Assembly: GCA_951406725.2 (NCBI GenBank)
Contig: OX597814.1
Span: 138,012,001 to 138,076,000, forward strand
Direction of reading: 5' to 3'
Origin: Octopus vulgaris
Taxonomy: Eukaryota
Length of the DNA stretch: 64,000 nucleotides
Every line of letters begins with the position of its first letter. Positions within the stretch are counted from its first letter, which is position 1. Made by a program: the position numbers and the translations under genes. Shown in pieces: positions 1 to 12,669 of this stretch. Under the pieces are notes generated by a model. That model was not told where the DNA came from. It searched no databases and worked only from the letters and a program-made list of their open reading frames with translations.

Positions 1-97
1 ACTCTGATACTATATTAAGAAAACTATATATATGGATAGTGTGAGTCATACAAACCATTTATAAAATTTCTAACAATAAAGTGAGAGTTAATATTTA

Positions 98-332
98 TAT
101 TTCTTTACTACCCACAAGGGACTAAACACAGAGAGGACAAACAAGGACAGACAAACAGATTAAGTCTATTGTATCGACCTCAGTGCATAACTGGTACTTA
201 TTTAATCAGCCCCAAAAGGATGAAAGGCAAAATCGACCTCGGTGGAATTTGAACTTAGAACGTGGCGGCAGGCGAAATACCGCTAAGCATTTCGCCCGGC
301 GTGCTAACGTTTCTGCCAGCTCACCGCCTTAC
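98..332 (-). mobile_element. tRNA-derived SINE, family A (octopus OK-like), full length with 20-bp TSD
   Basis: Minus-strand head GGCGGTGAGCTGGCAGAAACGTTAGC...GTTCAAATTCC (A/B-box-like). Direct repeat aaagtgagagttaatattta at 78-97 and 333-352. Other copies: 12179-12388, 25313-25485, 30677-30830, 33380-33618, 42197-42375, 46260-46480, 58293-58500. Confidence 0.9.
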
Positions 333-959
333 AAAGTGAGAGTTAATATTTAGCATGCAGACAGTTGCCCATCTGGACTTGTTCTCAGCCTCTTCTTCTT
401 TATTATAGTTCTCCAGTTCATTAGAGTAGTTCAACACTGGCAGTTCATAGGTACTTTTGTATGGCAATGATCTTGTTTTCAAATCTTAATCAGTAGAAGA
501 ATGAATGAAACAAATTCCAAATATGGAAGCAAAAACTAGAATCGGGATATTTTAATCCTTTTGATACTAATCTGCCTGAGACCACCCCTGTTCTATGACA
601 GACTTCCTGCTTTAGATCTTTCCCAAGATTTCATGTTAATTTGTTTCAGATACTAGCTTAACAATGACAAAGCTATCTTAGTAAATTCTTTATCATTTTA
701 AAAACTAATTGGAACAAAGTTAATGTATTTCAACAGAAGTTTAACAAAAGAGTTGCAGAAAATCTTCAAAGACAAAAGTTTTAGTTAAGAAAGAAGTCAC
801 GATTCTACTGCCATTCACAACATTAGCCATGCACAATGTGCAGAAAATGAGTATTTAGGAATGCCATATGGTGTACCAAATGTAAGCTACAAGTGTACAA
901 AAATGCAGTGGGATCAGAAATAGGCTAACAAAGAAAAAAGGACTTTGTACAAGTAAATG

Positions 960-1592
960 TGTCAGAAAAAGTTAGTAAGAAATTACTCATTATCTGGAGA
1001 AGGGAACTCCTTTGAAGTTGTTGGTAGCATCCATTACTAAGGTGACTAAATTAGTAGTGGATAGGAATATGCCGAAGCATAGCAGTCAGAGTAAGAACTG
1101 GTTGGAAAAAGTTTATTGAGCTCTTACCTGTTCTGTGAGAAGAGTAGATTGCGTATGAAGTGCTGTGCTGCACAGTAGCAATAAATTTGTACTAAATGCC
1201 AAAGATATTTTAAGGGTAGAAATAAATGAGACAATCACCTACTAGGTATAATATTATTATGCATGAACAATGGACCGCAAATGAACCAAAAAAAAAAAAA
1301 GATGAGTAATAGAGGTACCAGTTTGTCATGCAAGACTAAGCTGTTATGGACTTGTGAAATGTATGGAAGATGGCATCTGCGTCAAAAAAGTGCCAAGCAA
1401 TTCAGATGTAAGAAACTTACTGGGGTGTAAAAGAAAAGAAACAAGGAGGTTATGGGAAGACGTGATGAAGGGTGATCTTAGAAGGCTGAATCTCGTGAAG
1501 GAGATGACAAAGGGTCACAATAAATAGCTAGATGTTGTAGAAGACCTACCTAATTTATTCAAGTATGGAAAATAGATGTAAAACTGATGGTT
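960..1592 (+). mobile_element. Degenerate RTE-clade LINE 3' fragment
   Basis: Broken frames resemble the RTE ORF2 C-terminus (EVVGS...RVRTGWKKFIELLP...WEDVMKGDLRRLNL). Ends in a decayed caagtatggaaaatagatgtaaaactgatg tail related to the tail of the bipartite repeats. Confidence 0.7.
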
Positions 1593-2382
1593 TTATATAT
1601 ATATATATATATGTATTGATGTGTCTTGGGAGGGTCGTTATATCACGCATACACTGGTTCAATAACACTTCTTTATAGTGAGTTAATTAAATACCTAACC
1701 AACTATTTGATGGTTTGAATAACTCAAGCTGTAGTAATACTTATTCTTGTTGGGTGTCAATCTTGTATCATTATAAAAAGGCGTTACACCTATGTACATG
1801 CTTGTTTTTGTAGATCTGTATATATATTAGATGCAGTGTGACTGTGTGGATATGCACAGATGTGACTGTATGGTTAAGAGATTTGCTTCCTGACTGCTTG
1901 GTCTTAGGTTTAGTCCCACTGCGGGGCACCTTGAGCAAGTGTCTTTTACTATAGCCTCAAGCCAACTAAAGCCTTGTGAGTGGATTTGGTGGAGGGAAAC
2001 TGAAAAAAGCTCACCATATATGTATGCATGCATGTATATATATATATATATCATCATCATCATCATCGTTTAACGTCCGCTCTCCATGCTAGCATGGGTT
2101 GGACGATTTGACTGAGGACTGGCGAACCAGATGGCTGCACCAGGCTCCAAAGAGCAATTAGAAAACTTTTAGACATTATATTATGTTAACTTATTTATTT
2201 ATTTACTTAAACTGACAATTACAAGAATATACATACATGTATAACATTATGCTTTACATATAAGATATAATATATATTAATATATAAAGATACCAGTAAA
2301 TAATTGGATATTCTACCAGCAGTATATTGGATAGATATTATCCCTTATTTGGTTGGATTCACAACCTCTAACTTTCTTGGAG

Positions 2383-2415
<33 letters not shown>

Positions 2416-3401
2416 AAAGCTCACTAAATATAATATATATGTGCATGTATGTGTGTGTCAGTGCTTGTGTTTGTCTCTTATCACTGCTTGACAACCAGTG
2501 TTGGTGTGTTTATGTCCCTATAACTTAGTGGTTCAGCAAAAGAGGCTGATAGAATCACTACTAGGCTTCAAAAAATAAGCACTTCTGTCAATTCATTCTA
2601 CTAAAAATTCTTCAAAATGGTTCTTCAGTAAGGCTGCAGTCTAATGACTGAAAAAGATAAAAGATATGCACTCATAAATATATGGTGTCGTTTACAAGGT
2701 TATATACCTATGTTTATCCACAGGTATATGCAAATACAAGGATGCAGGAGTATGTGTGCCCATACAAACATGCATTTAGGTATGATTAATACCTTTTGCC
2801 TCAGTTTTTATTGTATATACATTTTTGAAACACAAAAACTATCTTCCCAGTTAACCTTCCTTTGATATTGCTGCACCTCTTCTGTATCCATAGTTTACAC
2901 CAGGTACATCTTAGGGCATTTCTACTTACACTTCTTCTACAGATCAAGCAGGGCCATGTACCTGAAGGGATTTATGATTTGTCTACCTTCCTATTTACTA
3001 AGACTTTGTATATATATATAAAATTTAAAATTTATTTCATCATTCGTAAAAAGCACCCACTACACTCACGGAGTGGTTGGCGTTAGGAAGGGCATCCAGC
3101 CGTAGAAACACTGCCAGATCTGACTGGGCCTGATGAAGCCTTCCGGCTTCACAGACCCCAGTTGAACCGTCCAACCCATGCTAGCATGGAAAACGGACGC
3201 TAAATGATGATGATGGTGATGATGATGATGATTGTATTTACTGCGGTGATGTTTTAACCATATCACACGAGGAGTTATAAGGTGGAAAATTTTAACTGGT
3301 CGTGTTGCATATGTGCGTATATATGTATGTTTATGTTCGTATATGTAAGTATTCGTATGTTATATGTATATATATGTGTATTTATGTTACTTTCTGCGTA
3401 C

Positions 3402-3459
3402 ATTCCACTGAAGAGGCAAAGCATTTCTTATGCAAAGGCTGAAATCCTGGATCTGGAAT
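3402..3459 (+). ncRNA. Type I hammerhead ribozyme motif with intact core
   Basis: Stem I attcca(3402-07)/tggaat(3454-59); CTGAAGA 3408-14; stem II ggc.../...gct with internal gcat-ttctt-atgc hairpin; GAAA 3441-44; stem III atcc-t-ggat; AUC triplet, predicted cut after 3453. Confidence 0.75.
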
Positions 3460-3619
3460 TATCCAGTAATTTTTTGCTAGTTTATTTTGTCTTTTTGTTT
3501 TCTCTCCTGGTGCTGTATGAACATTTAATGTGGTTTTAGAGTCAGGTTTTGGCTACTATTTCCAGCGTGGCGGTATCTCTTAGATACCCTAAATTATAAT
3601 TTTAATATATATATATACA

Positions 3620-4019
3620 TGCCAACCCCCTTGCTTGCGAAGACATGTTGGGGCAAGCGAAATCGAAATCGAATTGAACCAGCCAGGATCCCTGGTCTGG
3701 TGGTACGTAAAAAGCACCATCCGACTCGTGGCCGATGCCAGCACCGCCTCATCTGGCTTCCGTGCCGGTGGCACATAAAATACACCAATCCGACCGTGGC
3801 CGTTACCAGCCTCGCCTGGCACCTGTGCAGGTGGCACGTAAAAAGCACCCACTACACTCACGGAGTGGTTGGCGTTAGGAAGGGCATCCAGCTGTAGAAA
3901 CACTGCCAGATAAGACGGGAGCCTGGTGCAGCCTTCTGGCTTCCCAGATCCCCGGTCGAACCGTCCAACCCATGCTAGCATGGAGAACGGACGTTAAACG
4001 ATGATGATGATGATGATGA

Positions 4020-4022
<3 letters not shown>
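3620..4022 (+). mobile_element. RTE-derived bipartite non-autonomous retroelement with internal tandem units
   Basis: Three ggtgg(c/t)acrtaaaa...cacc units, the ggcgttaggaagggcatccagctgtagaaa motif, then ccaacccatgctagcatgga...gttaaac(gat)n tail. Copies at 3045-3230, 4580-4830(-), 7445-7565, 42585-42905, 47795-48080(-), 54890-55170(-), 55250-55630, 57290-57580(-). Confidence 0.75.
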
Positions 4023-4057
<35 letters not shown>

Positions 4058-4075
4058 ATAATTATTATTATTATA

Positions 4076-4124
<49 letters not shown>

Positions 4125-4829
4125 TCATTTAATGTCTGTTTTCATTGCTGGCATGGGCTGGACAGTTTGACAGGGGCCAGCAAGGCCAGTAGTCACACCA
4201 GGTTCATTGTCTGTTTTGGCTTGGTATGTGTGTGTGTGTGTGTGTATGCATGATGCATATTTTAATATTTTGATTAAGTATAATGATATCAATAACCTGG
4301 CATTGGGATTCAATGTACATATGCTTCAGAGACAAGCATTAGTCAAGTACAGAATGCAATAAGAGATTATATAAATGGCAATGGAAAAAGAAAGCATGTA
4401 ATGAACTTCATTAGCTCACAGTTGTTTCTACTATAAGATTCAATGCACTCATAGTCGAGTGTTTGTGTATCATCAGTCAACACGTCCAACCCATGCCAGA
4501 TTAGAAAGTGGACGCTAAACGATGATGATGATATATATATATCTGTCATCATATATATATATATCATCATCATCATTATCATCATCGTTTAACATCTGCT
4601 TTCCATGCTGGCATGGGTTGACTGAGGACTAGTCTGATCTGGCAAGGTTTCTACAGCTGGATGCCCTTCCTAATGCCAACCACTCCTAGAATAGTTGGTG
4701 CTTTTTAAGTGCCACCAGCATGAGGGCCAGTCAAGCAGAACTGGTATTGACCTTGCTTGAATGGTGTTTTTTACATGCCACCCACACAAAAGCCAGTCAG
4801 GCGGCACTGGCATTGGCCATGACTATGAT

Positions 4830-5265
4830 TTCACTTGACTCAACAGGTCTTCCCAAGCACAGCATATTGCCTGAAGAGTGATGGGTACTTTTAAATGGGA
4901 CAGTTATGCGTCACTGGCATCATCCATGGCTCCAATTTCACTTGACTTGCTGGGTCTTCTCAATCGCAGCATATCTCCAAAGGTCTCAGTCGCTTGTCAT
5001 TGCCTTCGTGAGGCCCAACATTCGAAGTTCATGCTTCACCACCTCATCCCATGTGTTCCTGGGCTTACCTCTTCCACAGGTTCCTTCCACTGTTAGGGTG
5101 ACACTTCACATGGCTGTCCTCATCCATACTCAACACGACCATACCAGTGCAGTTGTCTCTCTTGAACACCAAATATGATGCCTTTTATGTCCAACTTTTC
5201 ACTCAGGGCACTTACATGCTGTCGTGTATGTACACTGACATTACACATCCAGTGAAAGGGACTCA
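4830..5265 (-). mobile_element. RTE-clade LINE 3' fragment
   Basis: Minus strand encodes EKLDIKGI...VQERQLHWYGRV and GTCGRGKPRNTWDEVVKH-type RTE C-terminal motifs, joined to the bipartite repeat at 4580-4830. Confidence 0.75.
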
Positions 5266-5888
5266 AGGTGTGAGAATTTCTTGCATTGCCAATACATGAA
5301 ACTCTCGAACCTTGAGTCACTCTTACTTTTGCTAAATTTTAATAAAAATATTCATATTTTGAGTTCTGTTTTTTCCTGTCTGCATCACCATACCTGCATA
5401 TATATATATATATATATCGTTTTGGGATTTGGTTTGCAAGATACTTTATGTGAGTTCACGTGTTGAAGCATATTCTATTGTGTCTGGGGAGAGTCATTCT
5501 CTTTTAGTGTCTGAAAATTTAACATACCCGTAAAATTTCCACTTGTTTCTTTTTTATTTTTCTAAAATTTTCGTTGCCTCTTGCAACCTTTTCAATAGTT
5601 TTGACTCTGTCCATTATTCACACTGCGTTCCTTTATGTTTGTGCGCATGTGTGGGTTAGTATGATTGTGGGCTTACACGTGCCCCAGCATGGTCACAGCT
5701 CGTGAGCTGAAACTAGATAAAATGAAAAAACGAAATATATGTATGTATGTATATTTGTATGTATGTATTCTGCATATTCATGTGTTTGCGTGTCCGAGTT
5801 TGTATGTATGGATGTGCATCTCCATATGTGTGGACGTGTATCTCTATATGTGTCCTTGTGTGAAGTAAAGTGTGTGTGTGTGTATATG

Positions 5889-5916
<28 letters not shown>

Positions 5917-5923
<7 letters not shown>

Positions 5924-6285
5924 CGGAATGGTCATATTGCCAGTTTAGCCAATAAAAACACACGCACTATATATTTGGTGTTATTTTGCTTCAGTGATAT
6001 TTATTTTTTACATTAATCTTAATCTTATTTCGTCACACAAAAACAAAAACACAAACAGAGAGAGAGAAATACAAAATGGCTGACGGTTAGTAAGGAGAGA
6101 CACAAATAAGTGAGAAGAAAACAAAGGACCACTGATGCGGTCACAGGAGTGTGACGAAAGAGCTTTGGCCGAAATAAGATTAAGATTAATGTAAAAAATA
6201 AATATCACTGCAGCAAAATAACACCAAATATATAGTGCGTGTGTTTTTATTGGCTAAACTGGCAATATGACCATTCCGAAATATA
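5917..6285. mobile_element. Foldback element with about 115-bp inverted repeats and an internal degenerate hammerhead (Penelope-like relic)
   Basis: Arms 5917-6032 and 6170-6285 are near-perfect reverse complements. Spacer carries gacca-CTGATGC-g-gtcac...gtgac-GAAA-gagc-tt-tggcc at 6127-6170. Confidence 0.75.
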
Positions 6286-6345
6286 ACAATATCTGTTTCA
6301 ACACACGACTTCACATAAAAAATCTTGCACAACAAATATTTAAAC

Positions 6346-6414
<69 letters not shown>

Positions 6415-6903
6415 CTGTGTTTAAATTTCGAGGTCAATTTTACCTTTCATCCTTTCCCGGTCGATAAAAATCTGAGGACTGGGGTCGACTTACAACCTCC
6501 CCCTAAATTGCTGGCCTTGTGCCAAAATTTGAAACCTAACTAAAACTTTATATTATATATAATATATATTCAAAAGTACAGACGTTACGATATAATGTAT
6601 AATTAAATTGTTGTTCTCCGTCACGCCCTGAGTATCCTGTTTGATGAATATGCATTACATTCGATTCTGATGCAATAATTTTGTTTTTAGCGCGAAGCGG
6701 ACAAAGCACGCATCTGTTGTTTTACGAAACTCAACAGGAGTCATTTATAGACGGATGTCTATAAATCTGGACACAACATTAGTTTTGTTGGAAAAAATCA
6801 AGCGTTTGGAATTTAATGTCAATGAAAGTGGATGGAATTTCGGAGATGGGACATGTGCTTGACGTGACGTGACACTCTTTTGATGCGTGTGTTTGTTTAC
6901 ACT

Positions 6904-6995
<92 letters not shown>

Positions 6996-7025
6996 TATAT
7001 ATATATATATACACATATATATATA

Positions 7026-7071
<46 letters not shown>

Positions 7072-7074
<3 letters not shown>

Positions 7075-7440
7075 GCACAGGAGTGGCTGTGTGGTAAGTA
7101 GCTTGCTAACCAACCACATGGTTCCGGGTTCAGTCCCACTGCGTGGCATCTTGGGCAAGTGTCTTCTACTATAGCCCCGGACCGACCAATGCCTTGTGAG
7201 TGGATTTGGTAGACGGAAACTGAAAGAAGCCTGTCGTATATATGTATGTGTGTGTGTGTTTGTCCCCCTAGCATTGCTTGACAACCGATGCTGGTGTGTT
7301 TACGTCCCCGTCACTTAGCGGTTCGATAGAATAAGTACTTAGCGGACCGATAGAATAAGTACTGGGCTTACAAAGAATAAGTCCCGGGGTTGATTTGCTC
7401 GACTAAAGGCGGTCAAATGACTGAAACAAGTAAGTAAAGA
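7072..7440 (+). mobile_element. tRNA-derived SINE, family B (CORE-like body, octopus OR-type)
   Basis: Head gtggctgtgtggtaag...gggttcagtcccac, then cttgggcaagtgtctt CORE-like block, internal microsatellite and gactgaaacaagtaa tail. Copies at 1860-2020, 8530-8690, 9405-9775(-), 10575-10730, 31367-31520, 32702-32850, 37615-37835(-), 44552-44945, 55770-56530(-). Confidence 0.85.
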
Positions 7441-7769
7441 AATTCGATGACTGGCATCTCGGTTGGAAGGGCATCCAGCTGTAGAAACTCTGCCAGATCA
7501 GATTGGAGCCTCAGTCAAATCGTCCAGCGCATGCCAGCATGGAAAGCGGACGTTAAACGATGAAATATATGCATGTGTGTATATATATATATGTATGTGT
7601 ATATCATCTTCATCGTCGTCGTTTAACGTCAATGATGATATGTATGTATATATATATTACAGCATGTCACCCGTGCTTATGACACGTAAAATGCACCCAC
7701 TAGTCTTGGAGTTTTCACACACACATACACACGCACGCTCTCAAATGCGAATTAATGTGTGTGTGAGTA

Positions 7770-7835
<66 letters not shown>

Positions 7836-7838
<3 letters not shown>

Positions 7839-8084
7839 ATTTTATATAGATGTATATAAGGATGTTGGGACTTAGGAAGGAAATGATAGCAAGCTGATGC
7901 AATACTGTTTTGAACTAATTCCACCGAGGTCGACTTTGCCTTTTCATCCTGTTGCGTACTGGGGTCGGTCTAATCGACTGCCCCCCTCCCTAAACATTTC
8001 GGGCCTTGTGTCTTGAGTAGAAAAGAATACTGAGTTGAACCTATCCCCTGCTGGAAGCATGACTCATAATGGAGAATTTGTGGA

Positions 8085-8167
<83 letters not shown>

Positions 8168-8440
8168 ATTTTATAGAGATGTATATAAGGATGTTGGGAC
8201 TTAGGAAGGAAATGATAGCAAGCTGATGCAATACTGTTTTGAACTAATTCCACCGAGGTCGACTTTGCCTTTTCATCCTTTTGGATTTTATAAATTAAGT
8301 TCCTGTTGCGTACTGGGGTCGGTCTAATCGACTGCCCCCCTCCCTAAACATTTCGGGCCTTGTGTCTTGAGTAGAAAAGAATACTGTTTTGAACCTATCC
8401 CCTGCTGGAAGCATGACTCATAATGGAGAATTTGTGGATG
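7836..8440. repeat. Local tandem duplication (about 250 and 275 bp units)
   Basis: 7836-8088 and 8166-8440 are near-identical and bounded by (TA)n(TG)n. The first copy lacks 25 bp between tcct microhomologies. Confidence 0.95.
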
Positions 8441-8690
8441 AGTGTGTGTGTGTGTATTCTCTTGTCCACTTATATTGATCTTAGCAGTGAAGTTGTGTAT
8501 CCTTGCTAACTGAGGTTTTTGTCTTCTCTAGTACGGCTGTGCAGTAAGGAGCTTGCTTCCCAACCACATGGGTCCAAGTTCAGTCCCACTGTCTGGAACC
8601 TTGGGCAAGTGTCTTCTGCTATCGCCTTGGGCTGACCAAAGCTTTGTGAGGGGGTATGGTAGGCAGAAACTAAAAGTAGCCTGTTGTATG

Positions 8691-8744
<54 letters not shown>

Positions 8745-8745
8745 T

Positions 8746-8890
8746 AAAAATTATAATTTAGGGTTGACTCTAAAACCACATTAAATGGTCATATAGCATG
8801 TATGACCATTTAATGTGGTTTTAGAGTCAAGTTTTGACTGCTATTTCTAGCGTGGTTGTATCTTTTAGATACCCTAAATTATAATTTTAA
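8746..8890. repeat. Foldback/palindromic repeat
   Basis: ttgactctaaaaccacattaaatggtcata is mirrored by tatgaccatttaatgtggttttagagtcaa; outer aaaattataatttaggg/ccctaaattataatttt. Right arm matches 3523-3605. Confidence 0.85.
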
Positions 8891-9056
8891 ATAATCATTA
8901 CCTTTGAAGGTTTTTAATCCCATGCTGGCCACCTGATAAGATCAGTATTTAAATATCGATCTTATCCTTATTTATATATATATATATAAAAGTAGCTATT
9001 TAATTCACTGTGAGCATATGTGCCCCAAACAACACATGTGCATAAAGCTTATAAAG

Positions 9057-9091
<35 letters not shown>

Positions 9092-9355
9092 GATTTTTTA
9101 ATGTCTCTACCCTCATACTTTCGTGAGTTGAATTGAGCAAACACTATATGAGAGAGATTTTCTTTAAGTATTGGAGATAGTTTTAAAAAAGTTTTTTTAG
9201 CTGCTATTTCTAATGAGTTCAGTATGCGGCAAAGTAATTTATTTTACTAAGCCCTTTTATATAATGTAATAATTTGAATTCGCCTTAAATGGTCCCTTTG
9301 TATACTGAATACTTGGTGAAATTGATTAATTAATTAATTTTACCCTCAATTGTTG

Positions 9356-9405
<50 letters not shown>

Positions 9406-10004
9406 CTTTATTTGTTTTCAGTCATTTGACTGCGGCCATGCTGGAGGACCGCCGTTAGTCAAACAGATCGAACCTAGAACTTCTTTGTAAGCCTAGTACT
9501 TATTCTATCTGTCTCTTTTTGTTGAACCGCTAAGTTATGTGGACGTAAACGCACAAACATCAGCGATGGTGGGGGACAAGCACAGACGCACAAACATACA
9601 CACACACGTATATAAACGACAGACTTCTTTCAGTTTCCGTCTACCAAATCCACTCACGAGGCTTTGGTTGCCTAAGTCTATAGTAGAAGACACTTGCCCA
9701 AGGTGCCACGCAGTGGGACTGAAGCCAGGACCATGTGGTTGGTAAGCAAGCTACTCACACAGCCACTCCTGCACCTCGCCATGTTGATTCGCTAGCCTCT
9801 GCACGCATTTTTTTCTTTGTTTCTGTGTTTCTTCTCTGTGTATATTTCTGTTGAAGAGCGTAGGCTCGAAACGTTAAAGACTTGTTTTATTTATATTTCC
9901 TGAGCGCCATACTAATACAATTGTTTGTTTGTATTCCACCTGCCTTCGTCTTTTGTTTATTTCCGTAAACCTGCCTTCGTCTTTTGTCTATTTTCATAAA
10001 GCTT

Positions 10005-10041
<37 letters not shown>

Positions 10042-12390
10042 AGGTACTGTAAATTTAGATTGAATACTGGATAAGTGTAAGCACCTGTATATGCCAGATA
10101 GTGGCAGAAGTGAGAGAGTATATATCAAATATAAATTAAAAACAGAACACAAAGGATATCGCGGTACACGTGTTTCAAGTTTTATAAACAATCCGTTATT
10201 ACATCAGTGATTGATATAAAAGATGGTTTAAAGCTCTCTTCAGCCGCAAACATTGTTGGTCCAAAGATTACTTCCCTATATTAAAAATATAAATAGTACT
10301 TGTAGTATTACCCATTATAATAGGTTTACCATATCTCCTTGAAAAAGTGTATTTGTAAAATTTCCTAATTGTATAAATGTATAAAGATTCATTGGATTTC
10401 GAAAATCTGCACATACTGTATCACCAGTCAGCATAGAGTGAATGTTAAATAGATTGGAATGAGTTTATATTTAATTCTCTTTTATAAGATAGAAAGAAAA
10501 AAAAATTTATATTTATTGCACCTACTATAAATATATATATATAATTTGCAGAAGTTACAAAGTGACTCAAGGGTAGTTGTGAATGTGTAGTTAGGACGTT
10601 TGCTTCCCTCATTGTTTCAGGTTCAGTCCTACTGCATGGCACGTTAGGCAAGTGTCTTCTACTATAGTCCCGGGCAAAATCCCTTGTGAATGGATTTGGT
10701 AGACAGAAACTAAAAGGAGCTCGTATGTATATGTGTGTCCATCCTGGTGTTGACATCACATAATAGCTTTAAATGAATGTCGCTGTCGTACATGCAGTGT
10801 CATTCATTTCCATTATTCTGCAAACTCATGTCTAGTCATGCTGAAATGTTACCTTGTTTGGAAGATGGTGAGTGTTGGCAACAAGAAGGGCATCTGCCCA
10901 TAGAAAAATCAGGTTTGATTAACTTCGCCCAACCCATGCAAGCGTTGAAAAGTGGACATTAAAACGATCATGGCGATTTTTAAAATGTAAAGCAGTGTGT
11001 ACTTTGTTTTTTAAGTGTATATAGTACGTTTTGCACGTATTTAAGTACATTTTGAAGTCACTGTTATATCTCAAAAGGTGTGCGTTCACTGCATATATCG
11101 TATATGCTCAAGCAATAGTGCAAGCGTGTTTACATGTACATAATCCGTGTTATCGTCAACCTAGCCATCGTTCGACTGTAGTAAGAAACGTTCGTAATCT
11201 CCCGCCAACCGTAGCAAATTTTTAGGTTAACTTATAGAAAAACACTCCACTCGATTTCAGTGGAGGGAAAAATATTTTCCTCAGTTTTGTTTTCATCTGA
11301 CCTCCGAACACTCTGCAAAAGACAATATTTCCTTAGAAAACGGAGTGAGGACCTTGGACTTTCCCTCAAATTCCTGGAGTTTGGTTTACAATTTTTCTTT
11401 TGTGTTTTATCAATGAATACGACTGCCAAACCAGTTGGAAATGACTTGCTTTGTAGAAAAAGGAAGAGGTAGAGGGGGTGGTCAGAAAGACCATCGGAGT
11501 TCCGCAAATCTATACTCCTCTTGCGTCTGGTGGTGGGGTCGGATTCTAAGTCAAGTTTAGTTGTTTAGTGGAATAGAGTGAACTAGTAAATATCGCTTTG
11601 TTTTACTTCTAACTGCTCAGAAGCGTAACCAGTTAAACTCCTCTCATTTAAACATCTATCAAACCGGGTTCGGTTGATTACAGCGATTCTTGGGGTCGAC
11701 TGCAAGAATCTAAACAGTTCGGGGTACAAGCATTTTGCTATAAACCACTCTGAACATTTCGTCAATAGAACACATCAAACAGGTTAGACTAGTCTATAGC
11801 ACACGAAAAAGTGAGGAAAAAAGTTTTTTCTCCCAACTGAAAATGAAAGGGGTGTTTTTCTATAAATTTATCGATTTCTAAGTCATCTGTGGTCTCCGCG
11901 AGTGAAATTGGATCTTTTAGGCAGCATTTAAATTCAGAGTGTAAAGTACCACAGCGAAGGCATCTTATCCGACGCTCTAAATATCCTGCTAGGTTTATTC
12001 ATATAATTAGGCCTTGTACCTTATTTATTGAGCCCTCCACCTTCCTTTCACCCAAAAGGGTGACAGGTAAAGTTTACTTCGGTGGGATTTGAAACCAGGG
12101 CTTTGAGAGCTGCAACAAACGTCACAATGTAGTCTATACGATGCCTTAACGATTTAGCCAATTTACCCAAAGCAATAACTGGCAGAAACGTTAGCACGCC
12201 GGGCTGTATTTCGTCTACCGTTACGTTCTGGGTTCAAATTCTGCCGAGGTCGACTTTGCCTTTCATCCTTTCGGGGTCGATAAATTAAGTACCAGTTACG
12301 TACTGGGGTCGATGTAATCGACTTAATCCGTCTGTCTGTCCTTGTTTGTCCACTCTGTGTTTAGCCCCTTGTGGGTAGTAAAGAAATATA

Positions 12391-12669
12391 CTATTTATGA
12401 AGAGCGGTCCTGGTGCGCGCCGTGACTAGTCGATCCTACAACGACTACCTAGCAAAGTAAATAAAACACAAAATAAATAATTTTTTTTTACACAAAGTAA
12501 ATAATTTTTTAAAGAAAGTAAATAAAACACAAAAACACAAAGTAAATAATTTTTTTAAACAAAGTAAATAATACACAAAAACACAAAGTAAGGATCGACT
12601 AGTCACAACTAGCTAGCACGGATGCGCGAGTTCGCGAGTGCGCGCACCGGGACCACTCTTCTTAAATAG
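12391..12669. mobile_element. MITE with about 30-bp TIRs, TA flanks and internal AT-rich tandem repeats
   Basis: ctatttatgaagagcggtcctggtgcgcgc / gcgcgcaccgggaccactcttcttaaatag; inner inverted repeat gtgactagtcgatcct / aggatcgactagtcac; repeated acacaaagtaaataa. Confidence 0.85.

Noticed and set aside
3690-3860. CRISPR-like repeat-spacer pattern (ggtggcacgtaaaaagcacc units)
   Set aside because: The 'spacers' are related to each other, the unit is part of a dispersed eukaryotic retroelement, and no cas genes are present.
11232-11580. Unique-looking higher-GC stretch with 70-91 aa ORFs
   Set aside because: No recognisable domain or convincing splice sites; could be UTR or regulatory but is unsupported.
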